From positions 64,001-128,000 of the forward strand of contig CBDBCY010000004.1 of the NCBI GenBank assembly GCA_965203555.1: a stretch of DNA of 64,000 nt. The letters are read 5' to 3'. The notes beneath the pieces are model-generated. The model made no database searches, was not told the origin of the DNA, and saw only the letters and a program-made list of their open reading frames with translations. The translations under genes were made by a program, and so were the position numbers. This stretch comes from Acidimicrobiia bacterium. Its GTDB lineage: Bacteria > Actinomycetota > Acidimicrobiia > Spongiisociales > ZC4RG35. This document shows, piece by piece, positions 1-7,953 of the stretch. Position 1 is the first letter of the stretch; every line of letters starts with the position of its first letter.

Positions 1-133
1 CGCCGAACCGGCGGTCACCGACTTCCGATATTTCGTGCTCAGTTCCACCGACGGCCGCCACACTTTCTCCGTCACCATCGAGGAGCATCAGGCGGCGATC
101 GAGCAGTCCCGTGCCGAAGGTGTGCTTCCTTGA
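1..133 (+). CDS. mltG: Endolytic transglycosylase MltG, C-terminal end (partial)
   Basis: Frame 2 reads AEPAVTDFRYFVLSSTDGRHTFSVTIEEHQAAI...GVLP*, matching the MltG tail (P...YF V...G.H.F..T..EH). The TGA overlaps the aroE start, and mltG-aroE is the usual order. Confidence 0.8.
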   Translation, partial: AEPAVTDFRYFVLSSTDGRHTFSVTIEEHQAAIEQSRAEGVLP

Positions 134-966
134 CCGGGAGCGAGGCGAGCATCCCCGCGGCGGGCGGTTTTCGGCTGGCGGTGCTGGGAGACCCGGTGGA
201 GCACTCCCTGTCGCCGGTGATGCACAACGCGGTGCTGGCCGCATTGGGTCTGGAGGGAGAGTACAGTCGGAGACGGGTGGATGAACAGGGGATGACAGAG
301 GCGGCCTCTCAGATGCGGACCGGACAGTTGCACGGCGCCAATATCACCATGCCGCACAAGGGAGTGGCCGCCCGTCTTGCCGACCGGCTGAGTACCGACG
401 CCGAGCGGGCCGGTTCGGTCAACACCTGGACCCTGGAGGGCGACGGAAGGTTGACCGGGCACAGCACCGACGTGGAGGGGATCCGGCGGGTGTGGGCCCG
501 GGCCGGGTTGCCCGAGGACTGCCCGGTGCTGGTGGTCGGGGCGGGGGGAGCGGCCGCGGCGGCGATGGTCGCCCTGCAGGACCGGGAGTTGTGGTGCTCG
601 GCGCGTCGTCCCGAGGCGGTCTCGGCTTTGGCGGAACGGGTTGATGTACCGTTCCGATCTTTGCGGTGGGGAGCAGGCCTGGCCGGAGCGGTGGTGGTGA
701 ACGCCACCCCGTTGGGAATGAGGGGTGGGGAATTGTCCGCCGCCTTGTTGGAGGAATCAGTGGGCCTGTTCGACATGGCCTACCGGGCCGATCGGGTGGA
801 GACGGGAGGGTTTCGAAGTATGAGGGAGCGAGGATTGCCCGCTTCGGACGGTCTGGCAATGCTGGCCGCCCAGGCGGAAGCCTCATTCGAGATGTGGACC
901 GGGCGTCGCCCGCCCACGGGAGTGATGGAGCAAACGGCCAGAGTGGGAGTGGTCGGCGGCCGATGA
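130..966 (+). CDS. aroE: Shikimate dehydrogenase
   Basis: Motifs G.PV.HSLSP.MH, GANITMPHK, SVNT, STDVEG, GAGGAA and NATPLG. Confidence 0.93.
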   Translation: MTGSEASIPAAGGFRLAVLGDPVEHSLSPVMHNAVLAALGLEGEYSRRRVDEQGMTEAASQMRTGQLHGANITMPHKGVAARLADRLSTDAERAGSVNTWTLEGDGRLTGHSTDVEGIRRVWARAGLPEDCPVLVVGAGGAAAAAMVALQDRELWCSARRPEAVSALAERVDVPFRSLRWGAGLAGAVVVNATPLGMRGGELSAALLEESVGLFDMAYRADRVETGGFRSMRERGLPASDGLAMLAAQAEASFEMWTGRRPPTGVMEQTARVGVVGGR

Positions 967-1607
967 TCGGACTGGGAGGGGCTTTTGTGGCGGGGGTGGC
1001 GCTGGGACCGTTCGTGGACGGTTGGGTCACTCGTCAATTGGCCAAAGACGGGTTGGGCAGACCGGACTTGTGGCGCCCGGCCACGCGGTGGATGCTCACC
1101 GCCGTATTGGGGGTGGGATGGGCGGCGACCTGGGTGAAAGTTGGCTGGACGGGGGTGTTGCCGGCACATCTGGTATGGGTGACGATTACCTCGGCCCTGG
1201 TGATGACCGATCTGGAGCACAAACTGATCCCCAATCGGATCCTCTACCCCGGAACGGGAATAACCGCCGCCCTGTTGCTGGCGGGCGCTCTCCTGGACGG
1301 CGTGCCCGATCGGTTGGGGAGCGCGGCCCTCGGAGCGGTCCTGTGCCTGGTGGGGATGGGAGTGCTGTCCGCCGCGGCGAGGGGCGCGATGGGTATGGGG
1401 GATGTCAAGCTGTCGGCGCTGCTCGGCCTGATCTGCGGCTACCGGGGGGTGACCACCACCCTGCAGGCGGTTCTGTTCGGTTTCATAATCGGAGGGGCGG
1501 CGGCCCTGGTCATGATGGTCACCCGCCGCGCCCACCGCCATACGCAACTTCCCTTCGCGCCCGCTCTCGTGGCCGGCGCCTGGTGGTCGTTGCTCGGGCC
1601 ACTTTGA
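963..1607 (+). CDS. A24 family (prepilin-type) aspartic peptidase
   Basis: Multi-TM protein with TDLEHKLIPN, GMGDVKL and PFAPAL motifs. ATGA overlap with the aroE stop at 963-966. Confidence 0.88.
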   Translation: MIGLGGAFVAGVALGPFVDGWVTRQLAKDGLGRPDLWRPATRWMLTAVLGVGWAATWVKVGWTGVLPAHLVWVTITSALVMTDLEHKLIPNRILYPGTGITAALLLAGALLDGVPDRLGSAALGAVLCLVGMGVLSAAARGAMGMGDVKLSALLGLICGYRGVTTTLQAVLFGFIIGGAAALVMMVTRRAHRHTQLPFAPALVAGAWWSLLGPL

Positions 1608-1673
1608 ACTCGTGAACCGAGGCGGGGGCGGACGGGACGAGCGGCGGGGAGGCGGTATCGGCGGGTCCTCGCC

Positions 1674-4625
1674 TCACAGGATGGGTCCGGCGTCGGGGTC
1701 GAGCGAATCGGAGGGCTGGTCCCGGGGCGGGGCGGAATCGGTGAAGAAGGCGGTCAACTCGTAGGGGCCGGCCAGGTCGTGGCGCACGGAGAAGACCGCG
1801 TTGTGGCCGTTGCGCAGAAGGCATATGTCCACCCTGCCGAGTTGCGCGTCTCCTCCCGGTTGATGGTGATCCACCGGCGGCAGCCAAACCCGCGGTCTCC
1901 AGTCGCGGTCGGTCTTGTCGACCAGCGCCTTCTGGCGAAAATACACCGGGTTGACCTCGGCGTCGAGATCGGGGAGGATCGAGAGCAGGAAGTCCCGGCA
2001 GGCCGGGCCGCCGGTCCTGGCCGGGATCAGGGTGTCGATCTCGCTCAACACCCAATCGGAGCCTTCCGGGTCCTGGATGCGGTCGAGGCGTTCCCGCAGC
2101 GCGGGGTCGTGCTCGCCGGAGCGGAGGGTGGAGAGAAACCTCCAGCGGAGGCTGATGCGGGCGCGTTCGGAGTCGGCCAGGTGGGTGACCACCCGCGGAT
2201 CCTCGTCCGGTCGTCTGCGGTCTGAATACTGGGCGGTCAGACCTCCGGCGTAGTCCTGTTGGAAGGTTCCTATGGCGGCTTTGTGCTGGGAAGATACCCA
2301 TCCTGGAACGGCCATGCGCTGCACCCACTTCTCCCGGGCCGTCTCCAGCCATCCGATGGGCATCCGGTAGATTCCCAGGGCCGCCTTCTGCGCAGAGAAG
2401 GAACGGGACTGTCCCTCCTCGTCCTCGGGGTTGTCCTGGGCGCCGAAGGGGTGCCAGATGATGTCCGCCCAGGCGGCCGCCGAGCCTGTGAACTGCTCAC
2501 GGGCCTCTCTGGCTTCCTCCTCTTTTTCCACCGCCCCGGTGATGTCCTCTTCCAGGCCGGCCAGGGTTCTCAGTTGCGACCTCAACAGGTGTTCGGCATT
2601 TCCGTACCACCAGCCCGCCACCACCAGCACGGCCAGGGCCAGCATCAGCGCCACGCCGGCCGCCACGCTCAGTCTGAGGGTTCGCTCGGAGGCGTCGACG
2701 TCGCCGTACCAGCCGTGTTGGCGCGCCAGCAGTCCGATGACGCCTATGGATGCATACACCATCGTGATCAGGATGAAGTGCCGCAGCACCCTGGCGACCA
2801 TCGGAGTGGAGCGGAGCGTCCAGATCAGCCCCACCTGCAGGGCGAACAGTCCCAGGGCGGCGCCGAATCCCAGCGCATCATAGGGGTTGATATCCGAACT
2901 GACCGCGTAGGCGAGGGCAGCGGTTGCCGCTACCCCGACGGTCACCGCGGCCAATCTCCTCAACGATCTCTTCAGGTCGCGGCGCCCCTGGGTTTGTCGT
3001 TCTCGGTTTTGGTATTCGCTGTGAGCGGAGACGGTGGAGGCGACTATCGCGACCACCATCAGCCCGGTGAGGCATATCCAGACAAAGGTGCGCTGGGCGC
3101 CGGTCATGGCCACGATTCCGAGGGCTTCCGCCGGTCCGGTGCCCAGGATGAGGCCGACCAGGGCCGCAAGCAGCAGTCCGATGAAGACAACCGAGATCCA
3201 GGCCAGGTCGGGCAGGCGGCGGCGACCCAGTTGGGCGAACTCGTCGTCGAACTCGCCGACCGCGGCGCGCAGGGACTGCCCGTTGGCGTCGATGATCTTC
3301 GAGAGCGCCGTTCCGATCCGTCCGAACAGGGTGGTGGTGTCCTGGCGAATCCGGTCCGGAAGGGACGGGGAGTTTTCGCTTTCGTCGTTGCGTGATCGGT
3401 CCGGGCAGGGAAAGAGTACTCCCAGGTCGGTGATGAGAGCGTGCCGGGTGTGGGAGCGGGGAGGCGAGATCACTTCCGGCACCGGGCCGCCGTCCACCAT
3501 TCCCAGGACCGCGTCTCCCATGTCCCGCCAGATCTGTTGGGGAATCCGGGCGCCTCCGGCAACCTGGAATCGATTGCGGGCGGCGGCCGCGGACTGTTCG
3601 GCGGGGGAGGGTTCGGATTCGGGTTCGCCGGCGACGGCTCGGCACACCGCCGCGGTCGTAGATGAGTCTCCCATCTCCCGGCGGACGATCTTTTCCACCG
3701 GATCGCGGGAGGAACCGAACAACCACTCGGGCAGTCTGCCCATGAAACTGGTGATTCCTCTGCCCAAACGCAGGAAAATGAACCGCCACCCTCGGATGGT
3801 CGCCGAATCCGGGGAGCGGAATTCGAATGCATCCCGCAACCGGCGCTCGAATTGCTCGGCCACATCAATCATTGCCGGTTCGGGATAGGGCGCCTCGACC
3901 AGGCCTTCGGGAGCGGGCAGATAGCCCCGGTGATTGAAGGAGGTGGCGAACTGGGGCGAATCGACCTGCGCCACCCGGACGAAGGAACGGGCCAGATGGA
4001 GTTTGGACTCTCCGAATCCGAGCACGCCGCTTTCGAGATCGTCCACCGGAGATTCGGTCATCCCCGTCCACAGACCCACCAGGGTGGCGGTCTCGGTGGC
4101 GACGTGCTCGACGAAGGTGGGCGAGTCGGGTTGGGCGACCGGAGAAGCGAGGGAGTCGCTGGTGGACCGGTCTTCGGGGATCACCACCAGGTTGGCGTCG
4201 GCGCGGGGAGAAAAGAACCTCGCCAGCGCCGGTTCGTCTCTTCGGATCGGATCGGCGCGAAGGGGAAGCCACATTCTCACCTGCACCACCCGCAGCCCCG
4301 GCGGGGCCAGTTCGTTCAGTTGGGAGCAGACATCCTGAGCCAGCACTCCGAGTTCGTCGGCATTCTCCAGATCGGGCCCGGCCATGGCCACCACCCGGAT
4401 TGTCCGGTATTCACGCCGGCCCAGTGTTTCCAGCAGGTCCACCTCTCTGCGGCCCGACGGGTCGGACAGCCGGCCCTTCCCGCGGCCCGACGGGTCGGAC
4501 AGCAGAGCCGAATCGGTGGCGATGAAGGGCGCCACCAGGCCCAACGATGCCCGCTGGCTGAGCAGGTCGAGCGCTTCGTCGAGCGAGTCGGCGCCGGTGA
4601 TCAGCACTGAGAAGTGAGGTTTCAC
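1674..4625 (-). CDS. Large membrane protein (~983 aa, ~6 central TM helices flanked by helical/coiled-coil regions); last gene of the tubulin-like operon
   Basis: Long ORF. The GTG start at 4625 overlaps the TGA of the tubulin-like gene (GTGA). Six hydrophobic segments run from WISVVFIGLLL to LVVAGWWY. Confidence 0.75.
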   Translation of the reverse strand: MKPHFSVLITGADSLDEALDLLSQRASLGLVAPFIATDSALLSDPSGRGKGRLSDPSGRREVDLLETLGRREYRTIRVVAMAGPDLENADELGVLAQDVCSQLNELAPPGLRVVQVRMWLPLRADPIRRDEPALARFFSPRADANLVVIPEDRSTSDSLASPVAQPDSPTFVEHVATETATLVGLWTGMTESPVDDLESGVLGFGESKLHLARSFVRVAQVDSPQFATSFNHRGYLPAPEGLVEAPYPEPAMIDVAEQFERRLRDAFEFRSPDSATIRGWRFIFLRLGRGITSFMGRLPEWLFGSSRDPVEKIVRREMGDSSTTAAVCRAVAGEPESEPSPAEQSAAAARNRFQVAGGARIPQQIWRDMGDAVLGMVDGGPVPEVISPPRSHTRHALITDLGVLFPCPDRSRNDESENSPSLPDRIRQDTTTLFGRIGTALSKIIDANGQSLRAAVGEFDDEFAQLGRRRLPDLAWISVVFIGLLLAALVGLILGTGPAEALGIVAMTGAQRTFVWICLTGLMVVAIVASTVSAHSEYQNRERQTQGRRDLKRSLRRLAAVTVGVAATAALAYAVSSDINPYDALGFGAALGLFALQVGLIWTLRSTPMVARVLRHFILITMVYASIGVIGLLARQHGWYGDVDASERTLRLSVAAGVALMLALAVLVVAGWWYGNAEHLLRSQLRTLAGLEEDITGAVEKEEEAREAREQFTGSAAAWADIIWHPFGAQDNPEDEEGQSRSFSAQKAALGIYRMPIGWLETAREKWVQRMAVPGWVSSQHKAAIGTFQQDYAGGLTAQYSDRRRPDEDPRVVTHLADSERARISLRWRFLSTLRSGEHDPALRERLDRIQDPEGSDWVLSEIDTLIPARTGGPACRDFLLSILPDLDAEVNPVYFRQKALVDKTDRDWRPRVWLPPVDHHQPGGDAQLGRVDICLLRNGHNAVFSVRHDLAGPYELTAFFTDSAPPRDQPSDSLDPDAGPIL
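4449..4503. repeat. 22-bp direct repeat with 33-bp period, in frame (LSDPSGR twice)
   Basis: gcggcccgacgggtcggacagc at 4449-4470 and 4482-4503. Confidence 0.85.
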
Positions 4626-7600
4626 AGCAAAGTGGGGGGTAGGGTTTTCTGGTCGCTCAGGCAGTCCTTGAGCTGGGTCAGAGACTTGATTATCTGGTCG
4701 TGGAGGCCGAGCCAGGAGTGCTGTGAGGTCTGAGTCTCCAAATCGGTCTCGTACAGACCGTGATAGGCCCGCGCCGTCTCGTCCAGCAATCGGGTGGCCT
4801 CGTCCACTCCGGCTACTCTGGCGCTGCGGCCGGCGACGGTCTTCCCGGTGCGCAGCCACTCGGAGAGCATCTGGCTGGGGCGCCGGTACTGGGACAGGCT
4901 GTGCCCGGCCGTGCCCGGCTCTCTTCCCCATTCCACCAACTGCTGGTAGGGCCCCAGGTAGCTGCCGAAGTCTCTCCAGGTGGCGGCTATGGGCAGAGCT
5001 ATCGCCAGACCTTCGATGAGTTCGGCCAGCACGTCCGGGGACCGCCCTCCGCCCACTCCCAGCAGGTCGGGCAATTTCAGGACGCCCCGGTGGGAGTGGA
5101 GCAGTATCGGTCGGCTCTCGGTGTCGATCGTTCCCAGCAGCCGCCCGGTGAACCAACCCCGCAGCATCGCCAGCAGAGTGGGGGCGGGAAGGGGCGCCGC
5201 CACCTGCAGCGGGCGGGTACGACGCCACTTCCAAAAGTTCTGGATCATGCCGTTGTCTCTCGCCCATCTGTATTTGTCGGCGATGGGACTCATCAGCGAA
5301 TCGAACACGATCGGATGCAGGGCGCTGTTCAAAGAGCAATAGACGGGGATCTTGTTGAGCTTCTCGTCCTGGGAGAGGCAGCGGACGGCGGTGTCCCGGT
5401 CCCGGTCGAACCTGGCGGTGAGAAACTCCGTCACCTGGTCTTCCAGGGCCAGACCTCGTATCGGTATTTTCCCCGGCACCGGACGGATGGCCATCTCCGT
5501 GGCCGGGTGGACCCTGGCCAGGATGCTCTCATCCACCGACGCCAGCGGTTCGGCCGCCTCGAACGCCGCCTCCAGCTGGTGGCGAAAGCGGTCCCCCCGC
5601 CTGGCGAGTTCGGTTTGAGATACGGTTTTGCTCTCCGACAGGTAGGACCGCAGGCCCTGGGACAGAAAGCCGTCCCAGGCCGAGCCGTCGGTGTGGAGCC
5701 ACTCTCGGGCCCGGGCGAGGATGTCGTCGCGTCCCACGGCTATTCGAAAGGCGGCCGAGTTCCGGGGGCCTTCTCCCAGCACCAGGGTCTCCCGGGTGCG
5801 CCAGCGCTGGGTTTCCTGCAGCCAGCCGGCCGGAGTGGGCGCCTGCGGTTCACCGAGGATTATCGCCCGGCGAACGCTGCTCTGCTGATCCAGGCTTCCG
5901 CCCGCGCCGCTGCCCAGGGTGGCGGCGGTGAGTTCGTCGAAGAGCCGGGGATACTGTTCGAGATCGATCAGGGTCTTGACGCTTTGTCCGGGAATCAGCG
6001 AGTCGGGGACGTTCTGATCAGACTCGGGCTCATGCCGGGGCCAACCGGCCACCGGGGTGCGTTCGTTTTCGATGTCGTCCGCCAGTTTGTCGGCGGCGTC
6101 CTGCAGTTCTCTGCGCAGAGGGGCTAGAAAGTCGCGGTGGAAGTCCTCCACCAGCTGGGAGGCCAGCAGGCGGACGATGCCCTGGTATCTACGGACCACC
6201 CCGGTGTTCAGCGCCGTCGATATGGCCTTGCTGACATCGGGGTGATCGAAGCGGAGGACGCCTCCGCCGGACAGGATCGATCCCACGTCCGAGCGCAGAT
6301 GTTGGGAGAGCTGGTCCTCCCCGTGGCTTTCCTCCTCCAGCTCTTTGGCCACGTCCTCCATCTCCCGCTGGGCGAGATCGAGCAGCCGGGCCGTGACCCG
6401 CGCTCCCCGCTCCGCCACGAAGGTTCCCACCCGGGCGACAATGCGGGGCTGGGCTTTCCTGGCCCATTCCGCCACCGAGTTGCGCAGTTCCGTGTCCCAC
6501 TTCTGCAGGATCCCTCTCCTACGGGCCTTGACCTCCTCGACGATGGAGTAGATCCACTCCTGGGGCTTTTCCTTGTCGCTGCGCTGCCCCAACGCCTCCT
6601 GGATGCTCCGGAACACCGCGCTCAATTCTGCCCTCAGCCGACTTTCGGGAAGGCCGATCGCATCGATGATCTGGTTGTTGTCGGGTCCGCGTTCGTTGAT
6701 TTCACACTGTTCGAGAAACCGGGTGAAGGACTCTTCGGCGAGTTTCTCGATGCGGTCTTCTTCGGAGAGATTGCGGTGCTCGTGCCGCTCGTCCGACAGC
6801 CGGCGATGGCCCGACAGTATCCATTCCACCGCGTCGCGGGTGAGGCGCCGTTCGGCGTACATCTCGAGGCGTTTGGCGCCCAGTTCCACTTCGGCGAATC
6901 CCAGGGCCTGGAAGGCGCCGACGTAGCTGGGGGGTTCCGCCAACAGACTCACCGGATCCGACGGATCGGCCTGTTTGAACTGGCCGGCCGAAGCCTGCCA
7001 GTTGGCCATCATGTAGGTGGCGAAATGGTCCTGGATGGTCGGGTCCGACATCACGGCCGCCAGGCAGCGTCCCATGAACCGGTAGATCTCGATCTGGTCG
7101 CCGAAATTCACCCCGCGGGCGTTGGACTGTCCCACCAGGTAGGGAAAGGCCGGGCCGGACCGCTGCTGGATGGGTCCGCCCCCGGGCGGGTTGAATCCGT
7201 TCCCTCCGAAATATCCGTGAAGAATCTCCGAATAGGCGGCCGCCGAGTTGGGCTGCACACCCTGGGCGGCGGAAAACGACAGTTCGTTGAAGACGTCGGC
7301 CGAATAGAGGATGCCCACCGAGTTGTCCAGCCATCGTTCCCCGTCGCTTCGGAGAACATCGCAGACGTCGATGAGAATCCCCGCCCCGGTTCCTCCCGCC
7401 AGGGAAGAGACCACGATCACGATCGGCGGAGGGGATTCGGCGCCGCCCATCCCTTCATCGATCTTCTCGGTCAATTCGCGCAACTGTGCGGCCGCTCCGG
7501 CGGTCATGATCGCCGCCCGCTTGCGGTTCAGGTGCTGCTTGACCTCGTTGATCTGGTGGAGACCGAGCATCCGACCGATCGATCGGAACTGGCCGGCCCC

Positions 7601-7930
7601 CATGTCGATGGGGATGTTCATGATCACCGGATCGACCTGCCACCCGCGCAGGTCGATCCCTCTGTCTTTGAGGACTTCCACGATGGTCTCGAACTCCACG
7701 CCGGGCGGGTTCAGGGAGAGATACTCGTCGGCGTCCAGGAGTTCGGGGTTACCGGCTATAACCGGCGAGTCCTGGTTGGGCGGGGTGTCGATGTGGAGAA
7801 ACTGCCACCCCTGGGGCATTTTCCCCTCCCACCCCACCTGCCGGAACCACTCTCCGAGCGCCTGTTTCACATAGCGGAGAGTCTTCCCTCCCGATCCTCC
7901 CAGTCCCACCAGCAGAAATTTGCGCAACAC
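4622..7930 (-). CDS. Tubulin/FtsZ-like GTPase domain protein (Tubulin_2/FtsZl type, ~1102 aa) with a long helical C-terminus
   Basis: N-terminal LLVGLGGSGGKT, FLHIDT, GAGQFRSIGR and the tubulin-signature variant SSLAGGTGAG. The GTG at 7930 follows a purine-rich AGGAAAGGA RBS. Confidence 0.88.
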   Translation of the reverse strand: MLRKFLLVGLGGSGGKTLRYVKQALGEWFRQVGWEGKMPQGWQFLHIDTPPNQDSPVIAGNPELLDADEYLSLNPPGVEFETIVEVLKDRGIDLRGWQVDPVIMNIPIDMGAGQFRSIGRMLGLHQINEVKQHLNRKRAAIMTAGAAAQLRELTEKIDEGMGGAESPPPIVIVVSSLAGGTGAGILIDVCDVLRSDGERWLDNSVGILYSADVFNELSFSAAQGVQPNSAAAYSEILHGYFGGNGFNPPGGGPIQQRSGPAFPYLVGQSNARGVNFGDQIEIYRFMGRCLAAVMSDPTIQDHFATYMMANWQASAGQFKQADPSDPVSLLAEPPSYVGAFQALGFAEVELGAKRLEMYAERRLTRDAVEWILSGHRRLSDERHEHRNLSEEDRIEKLAEESFTRFLEQCEINERGPDNNQIIDAIGLPESRLRAELSAVFRSIQEALGQRSDKEKPQEWIYSIVEEVKARRRGILQKWDTELRNSVAEWARKAQPRIVARVGTFVAERGARVTARLLDLAQREMEDVAKELEEESHGEDQLSQHLRSDVGSILSGGGVLRFDHPDVSKAISTALNTGVVRRYQGIVRLLASQLVEDFHRDFLAPLRRELQDAADKLADDIENERTPVAGWPRHEPESDQNVPDSLIPGQSVKTLIDLEQYPRLFDELTAATLGSGAGGSLDQQSSVRRAIILGEPQAPTPAGWLQETQRWRTRETLVLGEGPRNSAAFRIAVGRDDILARAREWLHTDGSAWDGFLSQGLRSYLSESKTVSQTELARRGDRFRHQLEAAFEAAEPLASVDESILARVHPATEMAIRPVPGKIPIRGLALEDQVTEFLTARFDRDRDTAVRCLSQDEKLNKIPVYCSLNSALHPIVFDSLMSPIADKYRWARDNGMIQNFWKWRRTRPLQVAAPLPAPTLLAMLRGWFTGRLLGTIDTESRPILLHSHRGVLKLPDLLGVGGGRSPDVLAELIEGLAIALPIAATWRDFGSYLGPYQQLVEWGREPGTAGHSLSQYRRPSQMLSEWLRTGKTVAGRSARVAGVDEATRLLDETARAYHGLYETDLETQTSQHSWLGLHDQIIKSLTQLKDCLSDQKTLPPTLL

Positions 7931-7953
7931 GATACCTGTCCTTTCCTGTTCCT

